A program made the translations under genes and the position numbers. A stretch of 63,835 nt of DNA, counting the filler, from Octopus bimaculoides (Eukaryota): the NCBI RefSeq assembly GCF_001194135.2. It is 6 parts of 6 records of this genome, joined end to end, with 100 filler letters (N's around TTAATTAATTAA, not from the genome) between each part and the next. Parts side by side here need not be neighbours in the genome. Positions count along the whole stretch, not along the records: positions 20,340 to 25,967 come from NC_068996.1; positions 26,068 to 33,518 come from NC_068983.1; positions 33,619 to 55,755 come from NC_068991.1; 3 more parts are not named here. The stretch is one strand, 5' to 3'. Under the pieces are notes generated by a model. The model searched no databases. It was not told where the DNA came from and saw only the letters and a program-made list of their open reading frames with translations. Positions 23,070 through 34,447 of the stretch are shown piece by piece; positions within the stretch are counted from its first letter, which is position 1; every line of letters begins with the position of its first letter.

Positions 23070-23262
23070 TAGTGTCTGCCAAACTTTTTTTTTACCTTAC
23101 GACACACTGGGCGAGGAGAATTTATTTTGCGGCACAACAAATAAAAATCACAGCAAAACTGAATATACTTTATTAGTATGAATAAAAAATAAGTTCTCAT
23201 AGTAACAATAGAATTGCATTGTTTTATGAACACACATACACACACACATACACACACACACA

Positions 23263-23324
<62 letters not shown>

Positions 23325-25459
23325 NNNNNNNNNNNNNNNNNNNNNNNNNNNNNNNNNNNNNNNNNNNNNNNNNNNNNNNNNNNNNNNNNNNNNNNNNNNN
23401 NNNNNNNNNNNNNNNNNNNNNNNNNNNNNNNNNNNNNNNNNNNNNNNNNNNNNNNNNNNNNNNNNNNNNNNNNNNNNNNNNNNNNNNNNNNNNNNNNNNN
23501 NNNNNNNNNNNNNNNNNNNNNNNNNNNNNNNNNNNNNNNNNNNNNNNNNNNNNNNNNNNNNNNNNNNNNNNNNNNNNNNNNNNNNNNNNNNNNNNNNNNN
23601 NNNNNNNNNNNNNNNNNNNNNNNNNNNNNNNNNNNNNNNNNNNNNNNNNNNNNNNNNNNNNNNACAGAAAACGAGGCTTCGTGCACAGGATCGTTTTTCA
23701 AGTCTATTAAATTTTCTTCTTCTGTTAATGTTAATCGCAGGTGTGAACTGTCGTATCTTGCGAAAGGACTGATGACCCACTCGTACATTTGATAATCAAG
23801 TGAAGGAAAATAATAACAAAATGATACAGAGAGGTTTTCTACTGTCTTCTGCACTTCCGATAAAAATTTTAATTTGTTTGAAAAAGCCTCGACGCCTGGG
23901 AAGTAATCAAACTGCGAGTTTTTAACTTTCCTTATCCACAGTTCTAACTTGTCGGTGAAAGATTTTAATTTGCCTGTAATTGTAGTAATATTTTCGTTCG
24001 CTCCTTGCAGACTTAAATTTTAAGTGTTCAACTTCTCAAAAAGATCGTTGAGAAACGCTACTTCCAGCCACCAATTACACTAGTCAATAAGTATTTTTCA
24101 TTAAGGATATGTCAAGTTGTACTTGGTGTAGTTTTTAATGCTGATTTCAAATATACAATTAGATTTTTGACGTCATGTACACTTTTCAAGATGAGAAAGT
24201 TTTTTTTTTGTTTTTTTGTGAGCTCGTGCATTATATAGAAATTCCAATTAATGATGTGTATGCATGTAATTCATTACATCATAGAAACATACCTTTAAAA
24301 TAAACTACATTATTCGTTACTGCATAGTTCAGATGCAATATTTCATCATCTTGAATTAGCCAATCAAGTTTTGTCTGATGAAATAGGTATTTCAACATCT
24401 CAAATTGTCCAGTCATAATTGGTCTGATGAAATATTTCATCTCAAATTTAATATAAGTATGACCGTTTGTATCTATTTCCTTACTTGCTTTACAGTGTTA
24501 ACAATGTCAAGACAGTGTAAAAATTGTCCTGGTGTGTTTTATTGTCTTTTTGATTGAATTTTTAAATTATCTTTTTAGCATCTCAAAGTATTCTTTTGGT
24601 TTGTCCTTATGTTGCGGATGATTTGTTATTAAATGCCATTGAGGTTTCCTGGGAACCATCGCTTCATTTGAGACTGTTGTTAAACATATCATACAAAAAG
24701 GAACCGAGTTGTCTTTTTCCGATAATATAAAACCATATTGGGTGTAATTTTCATTATATTTTCGTTTTGATGAGGTGGACTTTTTATTTTGGTGTTCGTC
24801 TTGTTTGCAATGAATCTCTTTCCCATTTTTATGAGGTCTCAATAAATATTTGCCCATGTTTAAATCTAAAACTAAAAATCGATTAAAATTAGCATAAAAT
24901 AATTTATGTTAATTATAAATAAATCAAAAAATAAAAACTACAAGGACTACTAAACAAGTTACTTACAGACAATCCCGGTTCAAATGCAGAAATGTAATAT
25001 ATTTATTTCTTTATTGCCCACAGGGGGCTAAACATAGAGGGGACAAACAAAGACAGACAAAGGGATTAAGTCGATTACATCGACCCCAGTGCATAACTGG
25101 TACTTAATTTATCGACCCCGAAAGGATGAAAGGCAAAGTCGATTTCGACGGAAATTGAACTCAGAACGTAACGGCAGAGGAAATACCGCTAAGCATTTCA
25201 CCAGGCGGTGCTAATGATTCTGCCGGCTCGCCGCTGTAATATATGTAATATATTGTAGCAAAACTGATGCTCATCGTGTAACGTAATTAATTTATATTCA
25301 CCGCATTTTACGATTTATATAATTAATTTACATTTACGCTCGAACTTTGCGAACGTTCTTGGATCGTTGTTTCCCGAAAATCCCGAAAATATTTTTCGCG
25401 AAATTCCAGGGTTCTCTCGCAGCACACCACTGTGTCGCAGCACGGTTTAGCAGACACTG
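23070..25459 (-). mobile_element. Internally deleted Buster/Charlie-type hAT transposon with decayed transposase
   Basis: TIRs (T)AGTGTCTGCCAAAC at 23070 and GTTTAGCAGACACTG ending 25459. N-terminal BED-type segment KRKYNENYTQYGF...CMICLTTVSNEAMVP...HLITNHP at 24567-24857. Mid segment VAFLNDLFEKLNT*NLSLQG...FTDKLELW...EWVISPF at about 23664-24065. Confidence 0.88.
25003..25234 (-). mobile_element. SINE family A inserted in the hAT element, 10-bp TSD
   Basis: TGTAATATAT at 24993-25002 and 25235-25244. Confidence 0.9.
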
Positions 25460-25869
25460 TGCTAGACTGTGCAATGTCATATATGCTCCCACTGGGAGAA
25501 GAAACAGAGAGAGAGTACATATCACAACCATGAATTTCAACCAAAAACCAAGTTAACTGAACTCCGAGCACTGGATGATGACAACCAAACTGGCTGACCT
25601 ACATAGATGAGAGAGGAAAAGGAATTCTATTTAAAACCTTAAGGCCTATATATACTGGCCAAAAGCTTGTCTCAGATCAGTTGCAGTGAAATTATGCCAG
25701 TGACCAGGTTGCAGATAATGTGGTGAAAATTTTGACGCCAAGTAATAAAATATTCGCGTAAAAGTAAGTTTTCGTGCTGTTTCTGAATGTAATTGCTTTA
25801 GTTTCAACAGTCTCATATCAAATCAGTTGCCTGGCAAGTTCATTTCACCTCTCCATGTAAAATAGCGCG

Positions 25870-25926
<57 letters not shown>

Positions 25927-25967
25927 AGTGAGCCAACTGATTATTAATAAACTTCACATGTCATGGT

Positions 25968-26067
25968 NNNNNNNNNNNNNNNNNNNNNNNNNNNNNNNNN
26001 NNNNNNNNNNNTTAATTAATTAANNNNNNNNNNNNNNNNNNNNNNNNNNNNNNNNNNNNNNNNNNNN
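25968..26067. other. Artificial scaffold linker
   Basis: 44N-TTAATTAATTAA(26012-26023)-44N. Confidence 0.95.
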
Positions 26068-26110
<43 letters not shown>

Positions 26111-26950
26111 CTCAATTACATCGACCCCAGTTTTCAACTTGGCCAAGAACAAAAGGCTGGTTGATTCAATAGCTAAACAAAGGTTGGATAGCTCAATGAC
26201 AACAAGTATCTATAAAAGAAACACTTGTCTGATTCTGTAGCAGGAAGGTTGGTGGCTGTGTCAATAGCAACCCATTTAATCCTGTTAAAGGAAGGCTCAT
26301 AGTTTCAACAGTCAAAGGGGAACTAGCAGGTCCAATAGCAACACTGTGTCTTTAAAAGAAAAGTTGGATAGTTCAATAGTACGTGTGTTTAATAAAGAAA
26401 AACTGGGTGTTTCAGTTAACAAAAATTGTCTACGAAAGTATGGTTTTCTGGTTCTATAGCAACAGGAAGAATAACTAATTCATGGCAACAAACATCTACC
26501 AAAAACATGCTTGCTGGTACATAGCAACAAATGACTGCCAAAAGAAGACTAGCTGGTTTAATAGCAACACATATCAACCAAATTCCACATTGAGACTTTG
26601 GTGCATCGAACCATTTCAATCTTGATTTACTTTTGAACTGTTAGCTTTGCTTTTTTTAGCTTGATTTAAGCCTTGTTCTATGTTTACTTCTCCTTGATAC
26701 GGGTACAGCCTTGATTAATTCTTCAAAGAAAAACAAACGTCTGACATATTAGATTTCATTTCTTCCTCATGACATAAAACATATTCCACTGCTTAAACCA
26801 TTCATGGACAAATTGCAACCTGTGTGACTTTCAAAATAGCACATCTAATGAAAAATTACCCTGAATTTTCTTAATAGTGTGGCCTGCTTGCTGATGAACT
26901 TTGAATCATGTTGCATGTTTCCCAATAGAGGTTATATATACCTGGTTTAA

Positions 26951-27163
26951 CTCTTTCGATACCAACCCGGCTAAAACTGCCCCTGGCTCTGAGTACAAAT
27001 GTCTTGTTTCCATAAGTTTTGAATTACAATCTTCCACCAAACCTTAGTCACAATTTATGTTCCTAACACTAGCTGAATGATAACTAAGTTATTTTACTAA
27101 ATTCTTGGTTATATTTAAAATTAATTGAAAGAAATACAGAGTATATCTATGGTAACAAAAGGG
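26951..27163. mobile_element. TTAA-flanked MITE (piggyBac-like termini), copy 1
   Basis: TTAA|CTCTTTCGATACC ... GGTAACAAAAGGG|TTAA. Confidence 0.75.
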
Positions 27164-27194
27164 TTAAAATATATAATAGAGAAACAATTCTTAA

Positions 27195-27416
27195 CCCTTT
27201 TGATACCAGCTTGTCTGAAACCACCTCTTGCTCAGTAGTACAAATGTCTTGCTTTCAAAAGTTTTGAATTAAAATCTTCCACCAAACCTTAGTCACAATT
27301 TATGTTCCTAACACCAGCTGAATGATAACTAAGTTATTTTACTAAATTCTTTGTTATATTTAAAATTAATTGAAAGAAACATGGAGCATCTCATAATAAA
27401 TATGGCAACAAAAGGG
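27195..27416. mobile_element. TTAA-flanked MITE (piggyBac-like termini), copy 2
   Basis: TTAA|CCCTTTTGATACC ... GGCAACAAAAGGG|TTAA; central about 120 bp nearly identical to copy 1. Confidence 0.78.
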
Positions 27417-27559
27417 TTAAATTATTTGTATTACAATTTTCCAATACTAAACACCAATAGTGTCTTTTTATTCTACTGTTCTATTAACAGAAATTTTCTT
27501 GCTTTTTATACTAAGTGTGTCAGTGTTTATTTTACAATAAAAAGTACTCAGGTAACTAC

Positions 27560-27966
27560 AACACTAACTTCAACAAAAATGTAAATGCCAACTATAAAAA
27601 TAACAGTAACAATAAGGATATCAAAATCAAATACAAGAAAAATAAGAACACATGTAAATTGTATCTTGGGAGGGTCATTATGCTAATAATTAATAAACAC
27701 TGGTTGTATTTCACTTCTTTTATTATTATTAGTTAACTGATTAACTGTTTAATCAATTAACAAATTGATTGTTCAATTGATTGTTTGGGTGCTCAATCAA
27801 TCAGGTAGGTTTGGCAATGCTTCTTTTAATTGTCATTTGTAGGTTATTTTTGAGACACTGTGAATGGTGAGAAAAGAACTTTGACAAACCTATCTGATTA
27901 ATTGATTGACTAAATGATCAGTTGAACAATAGACAAGTTAACTGGCTAAATATTTGACCAATTGAC

Positions 27967-28005
<39 letters not shown>

Positions 28006-28230
28006 TAATAATAATAAAAATGAAAAAGAACCAGTGTGTGTGTGTATTAATGGCAAAATGACCCTCCCAAATACTATAAAATATGTTTCAACACACAAGT
28101 TTAAATCGAGAATCTTGAAAAACCAAATCCAAAAACCAAATAGGATATATATTTATTTGACTTTGATGTTTATTAAAAATTTTATTAAAAATTTACTAAT
28201 TTTTGCATGAAAATATTCCTTCACCTGGAG
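27560..28230. repeat. Long imperfect AT-rich palindrome (foldback-like), centre about 27850
   Basis: Mirror-placed complements: TTGGGAGGGTCATT (27666)/AATGACCCTCCCAA (28057); ACACTGG/CCAGTGT; TCAATCAATCAGGTAGGTTTGGCAA/TTGACAAACCTATCTGATTAATTGA; ATCAAAATCAAATA/TATTTGACTTTGAT. Confidence 0.75.
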
Positions 28231-28655
28231 AGTGCTTAGAATACATTTTATATTCAAGAATTCTGAATAATTTGAGTGTTTCTTCACCTTTATGTAAATC
28301 TCATAAAGAATTGTTAATTATTAAGCATTTATTTACTTACATTCTTTGTTTTACTGTAAATATGTAAATATATATCTCTACTTTTGACTGAAATTAAACA
28401 CCGGTATTCACAGAAACTTTTTGTTTCGTTGTTTGTTTATTTTATTTTTGTTGTCTTAATTTATAAAACTAAGAGGGACATCACCCTCCAGGCAGTTGTC
28501 TCCTGGCTTTAAGCATGTCATGTAAGAAGTAGAGGCTTCAATGCTGCGGCCGGTTACTTGCAGTTTGTATTCGCTGTTAACTATGGTGAAGCATTTTACA
28601 AACAGCACTACGCCCGAACCTGGGTTCTTATTCTTAAGATAGTTTTCGATGTTAT

Positions 28656-28705
<50 letters not shown>

Positions 28706-28753
28706 TCGAAAATTACCTTAGGAATGAGAACCCAGGTTCGAAACTTCTCCATG

Positions 28754-28797
28754 ACATCTGATGAAGGCTGGAGGGTATATCAGCCGAAACGTTGTTT
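28754..28797 (+). ncRNA. Minimal type I hammerhead-ribozyme motif, canonical core
   Basis: CTGATGA (28758-28764), A, helix II GGCTG/CAGCC, GAAAC (28786-28790), GTT with palindromic AACGTT; helix I degenerate (ACAT/GTTT). Confidence 0.65.
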
Positions 28798-29966
28798 TGA
28801 CAATAAACAAGATGAGGACAAATATCCGTCAAATGTAAATAATGTAAAATAATTCCTCATCTGTTAAATATAGAACAGAAAATAAATAGTTGGGTTTGTC
28901 ACGGCTGGAACGACGTTGCTTACGTCTGAATAATAATTGATAAATGGCAAAACTAGATGTAATTATACAAGACAAATGTTCCTCATAGAAACTCATTGAA
29001 TTACGTAGACACAATGTACTTGAATGAAAAAAACGGGGCGGTCATAGTTGGAGCGATTCTGATCATAGTCTACTCTGTTAAGGTAGTCCGGGGATTCTCG
29101 CACGAGCAATGTTGTCTAATCAATGACATACTCAACTTGCTTAGCACACACGCACATATACAAATTATGATGCAAGGGAAATAACTCTTCCATTAATTAT
29201 TGAGAGTTGTTTCCCTTGCACCATTGATAAACTGCTGAATGATATCCTTATCTCTTGCTTTTCAGTCAACGTGTTTTATTCACAGAACAGAACAAAAAGA
29301 AAAAGTATTATACAAAGGAAAAAACATCTTTTTCTTGAATATGATTTTCTTTTTAAATAAAACTGTGCGAAGATATAATGATGGCGGTGATTATATTCCA
29401 GAACGACCTTAAGTATGTATGCAACAGGATGCAATGGCGAAAATATTGGAGTTTCGAAAACTGAACACAAACTTTGCTTTCAGGTTTTTGGGGTCTGTAT
29501 ACAAAGATAGTCGCTCATCTGATAATCATCGGAAAGTGAAGGAAATTGGAATACGATGATTACTTAATGGACTTTATATATACACTTTATACACTTAATG
29601 TACAATTTTATAGACTTAATACACAACACTCACCCTCTTTCTCTCTCACTCTTCGCCTTACCCTCTTTTTTCTCGTCTTTTTCTTCCCCCTTTGCCTTTC
29701 CCTTCAACTAATCACGTGAAAGCGTTACAGACGGGCTAAATAACGGAGGAGAAAACTTGATTTAAAAAAAATTACGCATTTTACTCATTATCACCTCCCC
29801 CTCCAATGTGGAAAAAAAAATGATCACAAATGATTTAAATTTAAAAAATAAATTTTATGAGATGATTTATATATTGTCTTGTACTGTACTATCCAGTATA
29901 TGCTATTCTTCAGATATTTACAAGGACTAGTGCCATGGAAATCATCAAAGAAGGCCAGGACTTATA

Positions 29967-30186
29967 TAATGGTTTCAAATTTTGGTACCGGGCCATCAGT
30001 TTTTGAAGGAAGGGGACAAGTCGATTACATCAACCCCAATATTCGACTGGTATTTATTTTATCGACTTCGAAAGAATAAACAGAACATTCAACCACAGCA
30101 AAATTTGGGCTCAGAACATAAAAGATAGACGAAATAGCGCTTAGCATTTTGTCCGGCGTGCTAACGATTCTGCCTGTTCGCCGCTT
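29967..30186 (-). mobile_element. SINE family A, diverged
   Basis: Minus GCGGCGAACAGGCAGAATCGTTAGCACGCCGG head; GTCGATTACATC core remnant on plus strand. Confidence 0.8.
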
Positions 30187-31574
30187 TATGAGGACTCACA
30201 TAATGAAATCATTATCGATGCCACATACTTAACGCGTGTGTTGTGTTTATAAACTCATTAACTGCGGGAATAGTTCTTTGAAGACGTTGAGAGTTAAAAA
30301 ACACACTGAATACATCAAAGCAGGTGAGAAAATTCGCCTCGTAATTGATCGACAACGTCGGATGTTGATTTCACTGGGTTTTGCAGATCATCGGCATTGT
30401 ATACCCGAGTCACTCCGAAAGGAAATAGAACCCAGGTCTGAAGAATTTATGCAAATAGTGCAGAGTCTCTCTGGTGCAACAGCGCCACACAAGTAAAACA
30501 CAATTTACTTTGAATTTGTCGTGGAAGGATTCCGACCACCCCACAAGTGACTAAAAGTCGACTGCTATAATATAAAGAACTGTGAGCAATCGATTAGAGG
30601 CAGTTCACTGCGAGCTGTTGGCATAGAGAGTTTAACCTCGTGTAACAATAATCGTTGTGGGTCGTGTGAATACTTTCTTTCTCCCTGCTTCATTGAATTA
30701 GTCATCCAACACCAGGATATAAAAGAATTATAAGTATTGCTAACAACGTAAATGTCATATAATTACTGTATGTGTTTTGTTTAAGGGGCTCAGTAGCTGT
30801 GGAATAGCGTCTAAGAGAAAAGTTCCTTTAAGACGCTGAATATTAAAAACTGTAAATATCTCAAACCAGACGAGACGAATCGTCTCGTAGATGATTGAGA
30901 ACGATGAATATCTATATTTCGTTGTTTTTGGAGCTCGCGGCATCGTGTACTGGCGTTGGTAATGCTTATAATTTAATTATATAATGAAGTTATTTTGGCC
31001 TGGCACATCATCAATCACCTTTCTTCTCACTGATAACACTATGTCCCACTTACATTCTAATAAAGAAAAAAAAAAAAAACTTTTGTAAAATATAATCGTT
31101 GCATCTCGTTTAAATATTTTATTTCCAAGTAAAATCTCGACCCTTCTGAACACATCAAAGCTTCAGACATTCGCCTTTTTGACATTTGATGTCTTGCTGG
31201 CTGCTCACGACGCCTCGAAAGAAGCGTACTGCCAAGATTAAGAAACAATGGTAAAGGAAAACTTGATTTTTTTCTTTTTCTTCCACTCTTCATTCACTAC
31301 AATCCGCCATGTCTACGTCCGTAGTATGTCACATTGTAGATTTATTACCGAGGAACAGTTTTTCTTTCTGAGATTACAGATGGTCAGAGACAACTGGGTC
31401 GTCGTACGGAGTTGATGTCTTCTACTTTTGTTTATTTTTGTCGTCGAAGATAATCTAGATCATCCTCTCTTTTTCAGCAAATCTCTGAGATAACTAATTT
31501 GATGGTATGTCGTACTACGACTATATTACAGTGTATGTATATATGTATGTATGTATGTTTGTATGAAAGAATGG

Positions 31575-31850
31575 TAAAGAGTCCCTTCAGTTATGACTGA
31601 CCATGGGATTGCACGTAGAAAGTTCCCCTCTGAGGCACAAGTCCGAGAAAAGTTGTTTATAGAAGACCAGCAGTCACCCCACCCACATTCCACGCTGCCA
31701 ATGTTATCGAAGGAAAAAGCAAAGACCGATACAGTTTGGCATCAGTGACTGAGTGAACTGGAGCAACATGAAATAAAGTGTCTTGCTCAAGAACACAACA
31801 CACAGCGCGATCTGGGAATCGAACTCACTACCTCATGATTGTGAGCCCAA
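31575..31850 (-). mobile_element. SINE family D
   Basis: Reverse of 8332-8635 (GTGTCTTGCTCAAGAACACAACACAC; AGTTCCCCTCTGAGGCACAAGTCC). Confidence 0.8.
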
Positions 31851-32299
31851 CATAGGTATTTTTTAAACTGCATTAGAAAGTGTGGCACTAGTTCTGGAGT
31901 CCCAAGGTTTTGAGGTGTGTGTTCCAAAATCTACTCCGACCCGGTGTAGTAGCATCTGACAGAGTCCCAGCTGTGAGTTGACTAGCATATGTGATGACAA
32001 TCCGTCAAGGCGTAGGAATGTAGAAATACACTTTGTTGGTGTCTGGGCGCTCAATAAAACAACCGGGAGCGAGGGACCACTAGCTGTTATTGCAGTATCC
32101 TTCTAGGAGAAGGGCATTTTGATGTAAAGCCTGTTGTTTCAACTGGTTACTGGTCATCTGGCTTGAGCCTGTCACGTGGTACTAATCACAGAGACGAAAA
32201 GAGTGGTATTCGTATTGTACAAATGTTTATCATAATCTAATGATCTACAGATGTCTCTGTAGTGTGAACTCATTTCTCAGACAGACGCGCGGTAAGTTA

Positions 32300-32452
32300 T
32301 TACTTTGTTCTGTTACTTATGCCTCAAATCATGCAGATCTGCAACGGGATTGAATAATTGTCTGAAAGGTCATGGACAGAAGGTCAGAAATGCCATGGTC
32401 AACCAGGAAGTACAAAGAGACGGCAACTTTCTGTGAGGATGGAGCAATCACT
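32300..32452 (+). mobile_element. Probable RTE LINE 3' end with decayed C2H2 finger, followed by (TATG)n
   Basis: CYLCLKSCRSATGLNNCLKGH (32311-32373; CX2CX12[C]X3H), then a UTR ending GAGCAATCAC and (TATG)n. Confidence 0.55.
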
Positions 32453-33254
32453 ATGTATGTATGTATGTATTATGTATGTATGTATGTATGTATGTATGTA
32501 TGTATGTATGTGTGTGTGTGTGTGCATGTATGTATGTATGTATGTACGTACGTATGTATGCATGTGTGTATGTTTGTATGTCTGTATGTATGCATACACA
32601 CATATGTATGCCTACACAATGTCTAAAACCGCAAATATTACGTAAACTTTCACTTGGAATTTTTACGTGAACTGGTGTTGTAAGCATAATTGATACAGAA
32701 ACAATTGTAACGAATCATTAAAGACGTGTTAAAGCTTTTCTTTGTCCTTTTATTATTTGGATTACACACACACACACACACGTACATATATGCATACACA
32801 TATACCTACATGCATACATAGACACACAGATCCCTCCCACCCTCCAACCATCTGTCCACACACACACAAAAACATACACACACACACACACACACACGTA
32901 CACACACACGTATATATAATAATAAATGAACTCACAAAGGAATATACAGACATAAATTAAAACTACTCCAGCTAAAACGAAGATAAGCATAAATTTTATT
33001 ATTGTGGGTCTTGATTAGCACATCTTAGAGTTTCAACTTCGTTTGAGAAGAAATGTGTAACTTGGATGGTTGTAATTAGTCTCAATGAAAGAGGATGGTA
33101 AGTTATGAGATGATAATTGAGAAGTTACCCATTAAAAATGCACTCAGTTAGCCATTAAGGCAAATTAACCCTGAGAGTGACCTCCCTTGATAAGCAGACT
33201 ACATCCGACGCCTTCCCACCATGACAAACATATTCGCACAATATATAATATATT

Positions 33255-33443
33255 GTTTTATTTGTTTCAGTCATTTGACTGCGGCCATGCTGGAGCACTG
33301 CCTTTAATCGAACAGACTTATTCTTTGTAAGCCTAGTACTCATTCTTTTTTTCAATTTTGCCGAACCGCTAAGTTACGGGGGCGTAAACACTCCAATATC
33401 GGTGGTCGAGCGATGGTGGAGGACAAACACAGACACAGGCATA

Positions 33444-33478
<35 letters not shown>

Positions 33479-33518
33479 ACATATATATGCGATGGGCTTC
33501 TTTCAGATTCCGTCTACC
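33255..33518 (-). mobile_element. SINE family B (3' half and internal microsatellite), cut by scaffold end
   Basis: TTTGTTTCAGTCATTTGACTGCGGCCATGCTGGAGCAC... Confidence 0.88.
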
Positions 33519-33618
33519 NNNNNNNNNNNNNNNNNNNNNNNNNNNNNNNNNNNNNNNNNNNNTTAATTAATTAANNNNNNNNNNNNNNNNNNNNNNNNNN
33601 NNNNNNNNNNNNNNNNNN
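33519..33618. other. Artificial scaffold linker
   Basis: 44N-TTAATTAATTAA(33563-33574)-44N. Confidence 0.95.
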
Positions 33619-33665
<47 letters not shown>

Positions 33666-33872
33666 ATATGTTTGTGTGTCTGTTTGTCCCACCCAACATC
33701 GCTTGACAACCGATGCTGGTGCGTTTACGTCCCCGTAACTTAGCGGTTCGGCAAAAGAACCGATAGAATAAATACTAGGCTTCCAAAGAATAAGTCCTGG
33801 GGTCGACTTGCTCGACTAAAGGCGGTGCTCCAGCAAGGCCGCAGTCAAATGACTGAAACAAGTAAAAGAGTA
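33619..33872 (+). mobile_element. SINE family B, internal microsatellite and 3' half
   Basis: Near-consensus tail ending CAAGTAAAAGAGTA. Confidence 0.9.
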
Positions 33873-34403
33873 TTATATATACACCGTGGCACTGTAGACT
33901 TTTGTGTTTTTATAAAGGTGTATGAAAATGTTCTCATATACGCATATTGTTTTATTTGTGTACGTATAATGAGAATCGAAATTGCAGTGGTCCATTTGTT
34001 GATCATGTATCCTATTTTAAGCCTTTTTAAGCCTACTCACATACCAAAGATTTGATCACAGAAGCGCTCACTATATTTGCGCATATAATATTCACTATTT
34101 CACGAATTACGTATTATAAGTATATATAATTAACTGCGATCACTTAATGTCAGAGCAACTCCACCACGCTCTGCACATATCTGTAGCAGCAGTGCAACGA
34201 ATGAAATCGTCATTAATTCGTCTGGGTGCTCAGCAGCAAAGTCCTATCTTTGTTGGCATTGACTCTCTTGTAATTTAATACGTTTCATTTTTCTTGCTTT
34301 CATGGAATATGAATGTCAAAATTGCAGAAATATACACGAGAGGAAGACATTTCAAATTTCTTAAATTCACACACACACACACACACACGCACGCACGCAC
34401 ACG

Positions 34404-34447
<44 letters not shown>

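Noticed and set aside
24567-24857. Domesticated ZBED/FAM200-like host gene
   Set aside because: Lies between transposon TIRs, with an internal deletion and an in-frame stop in the downstream segment; a dead hAT copy.
26150-26580. CRISPR-like array
   Set aside because: Repeats are highly degenerate with non-unique spacers, there are no cas genes, and the context is eukaryotic.
31140-31500. Minus-strand exon candidates (RFFRGVVSSQQDIKCQKGECLKL*, RDLLKREDDLDYLRRQK*)
   Set aside because: Acceptor-like signals are present but the peptides are short, unrecognised and not linkable into a gene model.
33255-33872. Closely spaced inverted family B SINE pair (dsRNA candidate)
   Set aside because: The two copies sit on opposite sides of an artificial linker (33519-33618), so the adjacency is not real.
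34150-34275. Short open frame EQLHHALHISVAAVQRMKSSLIRLGAQQQSPIFVGIDSLVI*
   Set aside because: Several frames are open by chance; no homology or partner exon identified.
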